This document shows positions 1 to 12,238 of a stretch of DNA of 64,000 bases, one piece after another. Positions within the stretch are counted from its first letter, which is position 1. Each line of letters begins with the position of its first letter. The notes below the pieces were generated by a model, which saw only the letters and a program-made list of their open reading frames with translations, had not been told where the DNA came from and made no database searches. Source of the stretch: Gracilinanus agilis (taxonomy: Eukaryota); the NCBI RefSeq assembly GCF_016433145.1, contig NC_058130.1, positions 37,559,980 through 37,623,979 on the forward strand, written 5' to 3'. The translations under genes and the position numbers were made by a program.

Positions 1-128
1 AGCTAAGTGTCCTGAAATGCCAGGCTGAAGGTTTTATATTTTATTCTAGAGGAAATATATAGGGAGCCATTGAAGATTTTTGAGTAAGAAAGTGACATGA
101 TCTGATTTGTTTTAGAAATATCAAATTG

Positions 129-636
129 GCCAAGGCACACAGTGCACACCTGAATTCCTAGCTCTTGGGGAGGCTGAAGTTAAAGGATTTATTGAGATCA
201 GGCACTCTGGGCTGATGTTGATTTTATATATCCACTATGTTCAGCATCGATTTCCTAAACCCCCAGGAGCAGGGAACCCTTTGGTTGTCTAACAGTGGAG
301 GGAACCAGACCCAGGCTGGAAACAAGATAGCTTAAACTTCCCATACCATTTAGTAGTGGAATTGACCTATGGCAGTGATAGCAAATCTTTTAGGGAGCAA
401 GTGCCCAAACGGTACCCTCACTCCACATGTGAGCTGCCCCCTTACCCCAGACAGGGGAGGGAGGAAGTTCTCCCATTGGGCTGTTGGACAGAGGAATGGA
501 TGAAGTGAGAAATGTCTTCAAACATGTGTGGAGCGGGGGAGGGGAGTAGTACCCTCCAGCACATGTGTCATAGGTTTGCCAACACAGGCCTATGGGTCGT
601 TTTTTTGGACTTCTAGCCTAGGTAAAATGGGGAGAG
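129..636 (+). pseudogene. 7SL (SRP) RNA-derived retrocopy, interrupted by a hAT MITE at 373-595
   Basis: Colinear with 7SL: Alu-domain-like GGGGAGGCTGAAG, S-domain CCCCCAGGAGCAGGGAACC...CCCAGGCTGGAAACAAG, and the 3' part (TTCTAGCCTAGGTAAAATGGGGAGA) resumes after the MITE; followed by a (GGAA)n tail. Confidence 0.8.
373..587. mobile_element. Non-autonomous hAT DNA transposon (family B), opposite orientation to the other family B copies
   Basis: TIRs CAGTGATAGCAAATCT / AGGTTTGCCAACACAG; 8-bp TSD ACCTATGG (365-372) / GCCTATGG (588-595). Confidence 0.85.
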
Positions 637-639
637 AAA

Positions 640-730
640 GAAAGAAGGAAAGGAAGGAAGGAAGGAAGGAAGGAAGGAAGGAAGGAAGGAAGGAAGGAAG
701 GAAGGAAGGAAGGAAGGGGAAAAAAAGAAA
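640..730. repeat. (GGAA)n microsatellite
   Basis: Direct reading; explains ORFs 528..779 and 590..826. Confidence 0.98.
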
Positions 731-1499
731 GAGAAAAAACTCAAATATCAGTTTGGGATTTCCATGGAGGATGAATTGAAAAGGGAAGAGATTAGAGAAA
801 GGAGACCAACTATTTCCATAGCCCAAATGAGAGTAATAAGGGTCTGAACCAATGTATAAGAAGATGTGTGATCAAAGACAAAGGGATGAATGAGAAAGAC
901 ATTTTCAGAGAAGTGATCAATGGTGTCCTACTCTATACTGACAATTGAACTCACCTAAAATTCTTGCCCTGAATTAAATAGGCTTTATCCATTCATCCAC
1001 TTCTGTGGTTGCAAATACCCTTCTTTGGGCAGGAGTCCATGAATCTGAGTTTTGACATTGTGTCTTTTGGAGCTACTTTGAAACTATGAACACAATGCAG
1101 ATCTAAGTACAATGGATATCCTAATGGAAACTTCCTAGGGGAGGAAGATAATCACCATACTTGAGACTTCCTAGGGGGAAGATAATCATCATACTTGAGA
1201 CCATTGCTGCAATTCTCACGTTATTCCCTGAAGACAGGTGAGAAAGAGGTATTATTATTGTCATTTACATGTTGAGAAATGAGCACTGATAGACCAAGAA
1301 GCTTGCTTAAAATATCCAGTTAGCTCCTGGCCTTAGCTTCAAATAACTTCATTGTGCTTCCTCTGGACTTCTTGGGCTCTCTTCATCATTGTTGACTACA
1401 CTTTCCTTCCGAATATTCTCAATTTCCTGGGATCTAGTAACACTATTCTCCACTGATATGGTGACCTCTTCTTTTGGGTGTCCCAGTGCTCTAAAACTC

Positions 1500-1725
1500 T
1501 TGGCCTAGCGTCAGCAAGATTTGTGTAAAAGTCCAGCTTCAAATACTTCCTAGCCATGTGACCCTGGGCAAATTACTTAATCTCTGTTTGCCTCAGTTTC
1601 CTCAACTGTAAAATGAAAATAACAACACCTACAATGAAGGGTTGTTGTGAAGATCAAATGAGATATTTATGAAGCACTTAGCCCAGCGCCTGGCACGTAA
1701 TAGATGCTATATACATGTTTATTCC
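1500..1725 (+). mobile_element. MIR/CORE-SINE
   Basis: Core GTGACCCTGGGCAAATTACTTAATCTCTG...CCTCAGTTTCCTCAACTGTAAAATG and MIR tail. Confidence 0.85.
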
Positions 1726-1729
1726 TGGG

Positions 1730-2330
1730 CCATCTCTCTTCACTCCAAACTCAGTTTTGGTGCCTTCATCAGCATGGATTCAAGTAATACCTTTATGTGG
1801 GTGAATCCAAGATCTATATATCCTAGACTCCCTCCTGAGCTCTAATCCCACATTATCAGCAGTCTAGGGAACTTCCAACTAAATATTCTGCAGATATCTC
1901 AATATAAGTTATCCTAAGCAGAACTCCTGATCTTTTCCACCGAAAGTGACCCCGATTCCTATCTGCTGCATTTCTATTGAGAGTATCATCACCCTTCTGG
2001 TCACTGGTTTAGAACCTCAAAACTATCCTACATTCTCCCACACCTCCCCATGCCATGTCTTGGTAATTCCAGCTCCATAACTCCCATTCTCTTCTCTCCA
2101 CTCACATAGCCACTCCTCTAGTTTATGCCCTCATCACCTCTTGCCCGACAAGGGAAACAGCTTCAAAATTAGTCTCCTGAAAGTCTCTTCTCCCATCAGC
2201 CCATTTTCCATATGGCTGCTGAAATGTTGTCATTTAAGCAAGGTCTCATTATACCACTCCCCTCCTCAAGAAGCTCCAGTGTTTCCTTCAGAGAACAAAT
2301 ACAAACTCTTCAGGTTGATACTCTTATCCT
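1730..2330 (-). mobile_element. L2 LINE relic
   Basis: Pyrimidine-rich L2 3'-region-like text (GAACTCCTGATCTT, TACCACTCCCCTCCTCAAGAAGCTCCAGT). Confidence 0.65.
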
Positions 2331-2764
2331 AGCCTCTCATTATGTATGTAAGAGAGTGGGTCTTTGACCAGTACCCCAGGCCAGAAAGCCCAGAATGTGT
2401 TCCAAGAAAATAAAGTTACAAGCAGTGAAACCACTGACAACAGAGAAGAGAGATGAATATGAATTTAAGAATTAGCATAGCCTTGACAATCTCAAGTAAA
2501 GCTATGAAGAGGAGATCCTGGGAGCCCAAATGAGCAATCCACCCAGGAGAAAACACTGGGTCCCTGAGGAAATACAGGCTCTAAGAAAAGAGAGAAAGAA
2601 CACAAGTATCTTGAGGTACCAGAAGTATGAGTTGCTTTGGCTCATGTGTTCCTTTTATGTGCATCTCATTCTCAGGATAATCTGTATCCATTTTCTCCAT
2701 ATTTGCCGTATTCCTCCCAGGTTATGGGAGAAATATTTTGTAGGTTTTAGTTTTACTATGGCAA

Positions 2765-2969
2765 NNNNNNNNNNNNNNNNNNNNNNNNNNNNNNNNNNNN
2801 NNNNNNNNNNNNNNNNNNNNNNNNNNNNNNNNNNNNNNNNNNNNNNNNNNNNNNNNNNNNNNNNNNNNNNNNNNNNNNNNNNNNNNNNNNNNNNNNNNNN
2901 NNNNNNNNNNNNNNNNNNNNNNNNNNNNNNNNNNNNNNNNNNNNNNNNNNNNNNNNNNNNNNNNNNNNN
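2765..2969. other. Assembly gap (N run); further gaps at 9994-10173, 17976-18185, 27673-28000, 28027-28188, 39895-40108, 42969-43191
   Basis: Direct reading. Confidence 0.99.
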
Positions 2970-3200
2970 TCTGGAGCCAGGAAATATTGAATTCTAAACC
3001 AGCCTTAGAAACTTCCTAGCTGTGTGACCCTGGGCAAGTCATTTTAATTCTACTTCAGTTTCCTTAACTATAAAATGGGAATAATAGTAACATCTACCTC
3101 CCAGGGTTGTTGTGAGGCTCAAATGAGATTTAATTTGTAAAATGCTTAACAGTGGTTGGCACATAGTGAGCTTTAGATAAATGCTAGCTATTGTTATTAC
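2970..3200 (+). mobile_element. MIR/CORE-SINE
   Basis: CORE motif plus tail ATAAATGCTAGCTATTGTTATTA. Confidence 0.85.
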
Positions 3201-4629
3201 TTAACCTTTTCCTCATCTATAAAATAAGGGAGCCTACTCCAGTGGCTTCCTATTAACCACAAGATCACATATAAAGTGCTCTATTTGCTTTTTTCAAGGG
3301 GCTGGTTAATTTCCTGGGGTTAAAGGGTAAGGATTCTGTTCTGCCTCTGGAGATATCTTCCAGTGGGAAGTTTGGACATCCAATTAACACTACATTGAGA
3401 TGATTGAGGGCATCTCCTTGATGTGGCCTGGGGAGTACTCTTGGCTTAGGACCCTGTTGACCCATGGCAATCTTATTTGAGAATGACTGAATGAGTCATG
3501 GCTGTTATATATCTCAAACCTATAAAAAGGAGCACCCTCACCCAGGCCAGCAGGGTTACCAGGGAAACGGAGGTGGGGGGGAGGGGGAGTATGGATGTGG
3601 CAAGTAGTTGGAATATGGCCTTTGCTGCTTCTCTCTGGAATAGGGATGATTCAGTTGACAAAATGATGCTTTCAAGAGTCAATTCTGCTGGTGGCAATGA
3701 CCTACGGAAAACTGATGAACAGAAGGTGGAAGGATGGAAGGTTCTAAAACAAGGGGAGCTGTTATCATAAAGAGACTTTCCCAGAGCTCTCATCCTACTG
3801 GAGTTCAAGCACCATGTGGGAGAAGAGGCTGGGAGTATCACTCTGTGGGTGGAATATTGTACCCGTCATCTGGGCATTTGGTTGAGGAATATCAACGTGG
3901 GAAAGCTTTCATCCTGAAATTCAGGTAAACCTAGCCTGTGCCTACCTCTTTCTTGGGGTATAGAAACAAGCAGAGTAATAGACTTTAAAGCTCCCAAAAG
4001 CCAATACAGTTCACAAGTCAAACAATGAGAAGAAATTGAATTTTCTCCAATCTTCAGGATATTATGGAAGATCAACTCAGCTTGGCATCAGTCTATGACA
4101 TGCACTGTTACTAATGGATAACCAGTTTGTGTACCCTCCCTCCATCTTATTAGTTTTAATAGATTTTTCTTCATCTATATCTCACATAACCGGGATTGAT
4201 AAACTGCCTTCTGAATATGGTTTGCCTACCTTGTACGGCTTTCCAGTTATGTCTGGTAGTCATTATTGCATGATTATCTTGATAGAGAAAAACTTTAGAT
4301 ATTGGCTCCATGTTCTGGACCTCAATGTTTGCAATATGTTATACATATGATTTTGAATAAAGCATTCTGTAGAATATATATACACAAATATATATGTATG
4401 TATATATATTCTATAGTTAACTCTTTTCTACTTCATTTCCTTTCTCACATTTTATCCCGCCTAGTCTCATCCTTCTCCAATTGGCTCTCACCCTTACCAA
4501 GCATGGTGCCTAGCAAACAAATTCAATAGATGATTCTTTCTTTATTCCTTCCTTCTTTTTTTCCTACTTTCCTCTTCCCTCCCTCCCTGCCTCACCTATC
4601 TACCAAAATACTCTGGTTGTTTTAATAAC

Positions 4630-4855
4630 TAATATTTATATAGTGCTTTAAGTTTTGCAAAATACTTTTTAATATTATTTTATTTGATCCAACAACCCTA
4701 TGAAGTAGGGGCAATCATCACCCTCATTTTATAGGTGAAGAAACTGAACCTGAGAAAGTTTAAGTGACTTGCCCAGGATCATACAACTATCAGAGGAAGG
4801 ATTGGAATTCATTATCTTCCTGATTCCAAGTCCTCTATTCTAGCCACTATACCAC
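4630..4855 (-). mobile_element. MIR/CORE-SINE
   Basis: CATTTTATAGGTGAAGAAACTGA...AAGTGACTTGCCCAGGATCATA. Confidence 0.8.
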
Positions 4856-5231
4856 TCGCCGGTGAGTTGCTGTTTATGTATGAGCTAAACTTAGCATATT
4901 AGACTTTCTGACCTGAGCAGGTAGCAGTTGAAGTTTGTCCCATCTTCACCCATCCCACCTCCATTGCTGTCATCTCCCAGGTTCTAAATATTGGAAATAT
5001 CTAAACACATTGCATTATAAAACAAAAAATGAAAAGGAACAGCCAGAAACTGGGACAAAGCTGAGTAGAAACCAAGGCTCCTTTCCCAGGAAGGGAAAAT
5101 TTGGTTATTTAGGCATGAATTTTTCCAGATCTAACAAGGATTCATTAAGCATCCCTTATATGCAAGGACAAATTAAAAATGAAAACGCACAGGGGTATAT
5201 CCTACTGGCAAACCATGAAACGTAATTTTGC

Positions 5232-5460
5232 TTTTGTTCAGTTGACTTCAGTTGTGTCTAACTCTTCATGACCCTATTTGAATTTTTCTTGGCAAAGATA
5301 CTGGACTGGTTTGCCATTTCCACTCATTTTCCAGATGAGAAAACTGAGGCAAATACAGTTGAATAACTTGCCCAGGATCACACAACACATGCTGTCTGAA
5401 TTCATGAAGATGAGTCTTCCTGACTCTGGGTCTGGCACTTTACCTACTGTTTTATCTAGA
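5232..5460 (-). mobile_element. MAR1-type marsupial SINE (CORE plus RTE-derived tail)
   Basis: TTCAGTTGTGTCTAACTCTTCATGACCC...TTGGCAAAGATACTGGA...TTGCCATTTCC joined to the CORE. Confidence 0.85.
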
Positions 5461-5469
5461 GAAGTATTT

Positions 5470-5980
5470 ACATGATCACTTAAGAAGGAAGCAAAGACCA
5501 ACAAGCATAGAGACCAGAAAAGGCTTCTCTTAGGAAGTGACATGAGCAAAGTTTTGAAGGAAACCAGAGATCTGAAAAGGTGAGGAGGAGTAATTAGGAG
5601 AAAGTGTGTGAAGTTAGAGAAATAACCAATATGGCAGTTTGGTAAGAATGTACAGTGGGAGAAGTGCACAAAGAAGAATGCTTAAGAATAAGCCTTCAAA
5701 GGGAGGTTGGAGTTGAATCATGTAGAAGGAGAATAATGCTGAGTTAATATGTCATCTTAGTGGCAATGGGGAGCCATTGAAAGTTATAGAGAAAAGAAAT
5801 GACATGGCCAGACTTGCCTCAGGAATATTATTGTAGAAACATTGTGAAGGATTAATTGGAAGGAAAAGAGACTGGAAGCCCCAGAGCCCTTTCAGCCCCT
5901 GGTAGTCATGGAAAGATAATTCAAGGTGGAGCAGAAAAATAGGAACTATGTGGCCCAAGGAAGGAGTGGATCCCATAGAC
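5470..5980 (+). mobile_element. L2 LINE relic
   Basis: GGCAATGGGGAGCCATTGAAAG...GACATGGCCAGACTTG typical of L2. Confidence 0.65.
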
Positions 5981-6789
5981 AGAGAGATGATAGCAGTGCC
6001 AGCATAGTAGTGGAGTAGCCAGAGTTCCTAGACCTAGCACCTTGGAAAGAAGAGAATCAAATCCACTATAAAGCTTGAACTCAGCCTTCAATACAGTAGG
6101 CTATTGAATGTGGAATTCAATGTGGAAGAACAAATGAAGCTACTGTGAGTCATGGGGATGGGGCAAATCTAGAGGAAGGGGGCTGAATGCTTCAGAGTGG
6201 TCTTGGTTCCATTGAAGAATTTCCTGACTGTCTCAGTTTGGAAAATGGGAGAACAATGAGGCATCAGAGGTGGGAAAGATCCTCCAGTCCCCTCATTTGT
6301 GATCGAATGACATAGTATTTATAATGCATTCTGAAAAGCATAAAATGCCATATAAATGTTACTTTATTATTCTGCAGATGTGAAAACAGGCCCAGAATGA
6401 AGTAACTTAGTCAGGACTACACAGAGAATCAGAACGATTATTGTGCCTTTATAGAGCAAGACTATGGGAATGAAAACCAATAATACCTCATTTCCCCATC
6501 TGCCTCCACCAGCCAAACCACAGCCAAGAACCATGAAATAAACTTAAAAAAAGAAATCAAATTGATGTCACAAAGTCCATACAGAATACTCATAGAAGAG
6601 TTCCCATAGGACTTCATTCAGAATCTATTAACTCTTACTTTATTCACACTCTTTTCAGCTTTTGTTATTTGCCTTACTAGCTCTTATCAAATTTGAAGCA
6701 GTAAATTAGAAGAGAAAGTAAAGTGTAGCTGGAAGCAATCACTTTGATAGCTTTAAGAAGTTAGACCTGGGGGGTGAGGAGGGGGTAGG

Positions 6790-7085
6790 TGACTGCAAAT
6801 AGAGAATCAGGCTTGGAGACAGGAGCTCCTGGGTTCAAATATGACCTCAGACACTTCCTATTTGCATGACCCTGGGCAAGTCACTTAATCCCCATTGCCT
6901 AGCCTGTTCCACTCTTCTGCCTTGGAAGCAATCTTTTTTTTTTAAACCCTTAATTTCTGTGTATTGGCTCCAAGGCAGAAGAGTGGTAAGGGTGGGCAAT
7001 GGGGGTCAAGTGACTTGCCCAGGGTCACACAGCTGGGAAGTGTCTGAAGCCGGATTTGACTTAATCTTGATTCTAAGAGGTGTTT
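6790..7085. mobile_element. Older SINE1-type copy (+) carrying a younger 5'-truncated SINE1 (-, about 6933-7069)
   Basis: Host reads ...CCTTGGAAGCAATC [insert] TTAATCTTGATTCTAAG; the insert is the reverse complement of the SINE1 3' two-thirds. Confidence 0.85.
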
Positions 7086-7899
7086 TTTTTTTTTAAAGAA
7101 GAAGTAATACTTAATGATCCTGAAGATCCTCCTTGAGAAGGAGGACTTATATAAACTATTAAAAAAAAAAGATTAAACAAAAACTAGTCTGCACCTACTC
7201 TAACAAATAGTCTCTGACATCATTGTATTAAGGCATATTATAATCATCGATTCATAGAGTGCTATAGCTAGAAGAAAACATAGATCTCATTTTAGAGATC
7301 AAGTTGAAATACTTTTGGGTGAGGTAGATTTGTCCAATGTTTAGAATGAAAACATGATTCCTATTCTAGTTCCTCTTTCCTCCTTGCACCATTCTGACAA
7401 AATCATAGAATGTGGGAGTCCTAGAGCGGTGTGATATGATGGGACCCTAGAGATCACCTGTTCCAACTTCATCATCTTACAGATGAAGAAAGTGAGGTTA
7501 AAACAGTCAAAATAATAGAATGTTAACACCTTGACTCCAAGAACTCTCATTTTTTGACTTGTTTCTCTAATGCCTAATAAAGTAGATGGCACATAGTAAA
7601 TATTTAATTAATAATCGATGAATGTAACATCCATGATCTTAAGTGGGGTCAAAGCTGCCTCACAGAATTCCACAGTGCCCCCTCTCCTGGAGTTCTGGGG
7701 GGCACTATGCTTTGACCTTACATGAATGAATGGAAAAGTCCTAAATAATATAGCTGGCCAGTCTCTGGACTAGAACCCCGGTCTCCTAATATCCAGATCA
7801 GGACTGATAACCTTGATTCATCAAAATATAAATATATAAAAAATTTAAAGTACAAGTTAGTGTGCTTAGAGTGAAAAAAAAACAGGTAATACAGTTTTA

Positions 7900-8445
7900 A
7901 AAGATTTTTTCACCAAAAGTGTTTAAAACTACAGTATATGATGGTGATGGAACAGTATTGTGCTTTAAGAAACGATGAGCAGGATGATGTCAGAAAAAGC
8001 TTGAAAGATCTACACAAACTGATTTAGAGTGAAATAAGCAGAACCAGGAGAACATTGTACACAGTAACATTGTATGATGATTAACTGTGAAAGATTTAGC
8101 TACTCTCGGCGATACAATGATTCAAGGCAATTCTGAACAAATGCTATCCACCTCCAGAGAAAGAATTATTGGAGCTGGAATGCAGATCGAAACATGCTAT
8201 TTTCTACTTTAGTTAATTTGTGTTTTTATTTTGAGGTTTGAGATTTATATGAGTATTCTATAAAAAACAATGACCAAGATGGAAGTAAGTTGTGCACATT
8301 AATACTTGTATAATCCAAATCAAATTGCTTTCCATGAGAGGAGGGGAAAAGAGGGAGAAGGAAATAATTTCGGTCTAATAATTTCAGAAAATGTATGTTC
8401 AAAATGATTATTACCTGTAATTGGGAAAGTTAAATATCCCCCCAA
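7900..8445 (+). mobile_element. L1 3' end (older marsupial subfamily)
   Basis: GATGGAACAGTATTGTGCT...AGCAGAACCAGGAGAACATTGTACACAG ORF2 end and 3'UTR. Confidence 0.8.
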
Positions 8446-8458
8446 AAGGGATTAAAAC

Positions 8459-8660
8459 AGAGACAGTGAGGTGGCTCAATGCATTGGAAGCCTAGTCTAG
8501 AGACAAGATATCCTAGGTTCAAATCTGGCCTCACATCTTTCCAACCTTATGTGACCCTGGGCAAGTCATTTAACCTCCATTGGATAGCCCTTACTGTTCT
8601 TCTGCCTTAGAACCAATACACAATATTGATTCTAAGATGAAAAGTAAAGGCTTAAAAAAA
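8459..8660 (+). mobile_element. SINE1_Mdo-type SINE
   Basis: tRNA-like head, CORE and A-rich tail. Confidence 0.85.
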
Positions 8661-8998
8661 GTAATTTAGAAAAAACAAAAAACAAAAAACAAAAAACCTT
8701 GTCATTGGAAAAGATAAGATTCAATGACATGAAAATGTACTTTGGTAAGATCCAAAGTTATATTGGAGTTAGCTCAAGGCAGTTCACAAACTACAAATCA
8801 AGACTCCTATTATTGTTCTGTTGGTTGTATCAACTTAAGAAAGCGTTGGGGGAAAATGTCAGATTAAACTTCAAAGTGCTTCCTTCATTTCTGGAGAGCT
8901 GGTAAATTCAAAGACTACCAGAAGACCCTTGGTTAGACCCTCCCCCCTTACCAAGTAAATATGGTTCTGCTAAATCTTTTAGAAAGATGAGAGAGGGT

Positions 8999-9200
8999 GA
9001 GGCAACTGAGTGACTCAGTGGGTTGAGAGCCAGGCCTAGAGATGGGAAGTCCTAGGTTCAAATCTGGCCTCAGACACTTCCTAGATGTGTGACCCTGGGC
9101 AAGTCACTTCACTCCCATTGCCTAGTCCTTACTGCTCTTCTACCTTGGAACCAATACATAGTATTAATTCTAAGATGGAAGGTAAGGATTTTTAAAAAAA
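8999..9200 (+). mobile_element. SINE1_Mdo-type SINE
   Basis: Full head-to-tail match with the other copies. Confidence 0.9.
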
Positions 9201-10479
9201 GAAAGAAAGATGAAGGAAGTAGCTTGACAAAGTAATAAAAGCAGTCAGTTCGAAGTCAGAGGACTTGGGTTCAAATTCCAGCACTTGCATATATTACCTG
9301 TTTGATATTGAGCAAGTCATCTCTCTCTGTGTTTTGCCTCATCCAAAAAATGAGGTAAGTGGACTCAGTGACCTCTATGATCACCTATAATTTGAAATCT
9401 ATGGTGCTATTAATCCATCTTGATGTATGTTACTGGAAATATGATTTCTGAGGAATATTCTAGAAATAGCTTTTCTGATTGGGAGAGATGATAGAATGAA
9501 TGGTATGCTGGAGGATGGATAATTCCAGTCCCTGGGATGGGAATCTATCTGGTGTGACAAGATGCTTAAAAACATTTTTCCACATGTTGATGGATAACAT
9601 TTTTTCAAACTTCAGAGAAAAAACTGATGTGATTCATAAAGTAGAACAATCCAATGATATTAGACCTAATAAGAATGCTCAAACTGAATCACAGGATATT
9701 TCTAAAAAGCCAGAGATTTACTTAAGCATTAGAATAATCTAGTGTAAGGATGAGGTCTCATGCAAAGGTTTATTTTATCCTTTTGGGAGACTGGCAATTA
9801 CCCAAACCATTCACCTCTGGCTCTAGCACTTTTCTACACTCTCTTTTTGGATTTATGTGAATACATCTTTAACAGATTGTAGATTCAGAGCCAGGGGAGC
9901 AGGGAACTTAGAGGCCATTGAATGAAATAGCATCATTTTACAGAGGGGGAAATTGAGACCCAGAGAGGTGAGATGACAGGCTCATAGTTATAGNNNNNNN
10001 NNNNNNNNNNNNNNNNNNNNNNNNNNNNNNNNNNNNNNNNNNNNNNNNNNNNNNNNNNNNNNNNNNNNNNNNNNNNNNNNNNNNNNNNNNNNNNNNNNNN
10101 NNNNNNNNNNNNNNNNNNNNNNNNNNNNNNNNNNNNNNNNNNNNNNNNNNNNNNNNNNNNNNNNNNNNNNNNNATTAATCTCCTACTATGTGCCAGGCAC
10201 TATATTAAGCACTTTACAAATATTTCATATGATCCTCACAGCCACCTAGAAGAAGACGCTAATCTTTATACCTGTTTATAGTTGAGGAAACTGAAGCAAG
10301 CAGAAGTTAGGTGACTTGCTTAGGGTCACACAGCTAGAAAGTGTATGAGGCTCAATTTGTAACTGGGCCACTGGGCCATTGACTGCTTAACAAATAAATT
10401 ATGCTGTCACCAGCTGTTGAATTGTGAATCATTGCTCATTTTTGTGTTTTTGTTAGGAACAGTAACCAAAATAAAAACT

Positions 10480-11000
10480 TGGGAAAAGTAGATCATGCTT
10501 ATTAGGGCAAAAGCAGAAGGAATTCTGAAGGTGGGGAGAGCACTGCTGGCTGAGGAGCCCTTGAGCCGGAAGCTTAGTTAGTACCCGGAACTGAGCCTAG
10601 AAGACACTAAGGATTCTAAAATGGGAAAGTGAGGAAAGATTGGCTTCTAGGCATGAGGGACTGCCTAGGCAGAGGCATGGCGGTGATAGGAGGCTAGAAT
10701 GTAGTGGAATAATGGGAAAGATTTGGAAAGGCAGGCTAGAACCACATGATAGAGGTTTTCAACTCAGTCTGAGGACTGAGACACTTTTATTTTCTCCTTG
10801 AAGCAATGGAGAGCTACTGAAGATGCTTGAATAGGTAAGTGATATGATGAGCCCTGAGTCCTATGAAGCTCATTTTGAGAACCATGTAAAGGAAGAGATA
10901 GAAAGAGGGATGATTGGAAGCAGGATAACAAGTTAAGAGAGGAATGATGGAGGCAGGAGGTAATGAGGACCTGGACCTGGTTAACAGTGGTGTGAGTGAA
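10480..11000 (+). mobile_element. L2 LINE relic
   Basis: GCAATGGAGAGCTACTGAAGATGCTTGAATAGG and similar L2 text. Confidence 0.65.
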
Positions 11001-11014
11001 GAGAATGGGCATAC

Positions 11015-11762
11015 AAATTATCCAATACAAAGTATCTATTCCCTGGAAAGCAATTTGGAACTATGCCCAAAGGGCTTTAAAAGTCTTCCTGCCCTTTGAT
11101 CCAGCCATACCATTGCTGGGTTTGTACCCCAAAGAGATAATAAGGAAAAAGACTTATACAAAAATATTTATAGCTGCTCTCTTTGTGGTGGCAAAAAATT
11201 GGAAAATGAGAGAATGCCCTTCAATTGGGGAATGGCTAAACAAATTGTGGTATGTGTTGGTGATGGAATACTATTGTTCTTAAAGGAATAAAGAACTGGA
11301 GGAATTCCATGTGAACTGGAATGACCTCCAGGAATTGATGCATAGTGAAAGGAGCAAACCAGAAGAACCTTATACACAGAGATTGATACACTATGGTACA
11401 ATCGAATGTAATGGACTTCTCTACTAGCAGCAAAGAATCAGCACAATTCTGTGGGACTTATGAGAAAGAATGCTACCCACATCCAAAAAAAGAACTGTGG
11501 GAGTAGAAACACAGAAGAAAAACATTTCCTTGACCACATGGTTCAATGAGGGTATGATTGGGGATGAAGACTCTAAATGATCACTCTAATGCAAATATAA
11601 GTAATATGGAAATAGGTCTTCATCAATGATGCATGTAAAACCCAGTGAAATTGCTTGTTGGCTATGGGAGGGGGGAGGGAGGAGGGGAGGGAAAGAACAT
11701 GAATCATGGAACCATGGAAAAATATTCTAAATTAATTAACTTAATAAATAAATTTTAAAAAT
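11015..11762 (+). mobile_element. L1 3' end (ORF2 C-terminus plus 3'UTR with G-rich tract)
   Basis: Translation AIWNYAQRALKVFLPFDPAIPLLGLYPKEII...FIAALFVVAKNWK...CPSIGEWLNKLWY is the L1 ORF2 C-terminal signature. Confidence 0.95.
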
Positions 11763-12238
11763 ATATTCCAAATCTGGAGCAAGAAGGTCTTTCCCCAGGA
11801 TCTCTAGAACAAAGGTAGGGAAGCCAGGAACTGCCTTGAGAAACATATCAATTAATCAATCTACAAGTGTTTGTTAAGACCTACTATGTGCCAGGCACTG
11901 AGCTGGGTGCTAGTGATTCAAGTAAAAATAATCAAACACCCATTACTCAGAAATTTATATTCTAATGAAGGAAACAAGCATATGCAAAAATATATACAGC
12001 ACAATCTTGGTTTCATGTCTGTTTTCTTTTTTTTACCAGATCTGTGAGGTCATTGATTCAAGGGACACCCAGAAGGGAAGGTAGAGGTTATTATTATTCC
12101 CATTTTACAGATGAGGAAACTGAGGCAGAGGGTGATTAAGTGCTGTTCCCAAGGTTGCACAGTTACTAAGTCCCTGAGACTGTATTTGAACTCAGACCTC
12201 CCTGACTCCAGGTCCAACACATAGGGCAAATAGGGTGT

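Noticed and set aside
528-826. ORFs with ERKEGRKEG / FLPSFLPS repeats (also 27480-28250, 39519-40176, 42850-43452, 14681-15002)
   Set aside because: They are translations of (GGAA)n/(TTTC)n tracts and N-gaps, not coding sequence
10996-11283. 95-aa ORF as a host gene
   Set aside because: It is the L1 ORF2 C-terminus within a truncated L1
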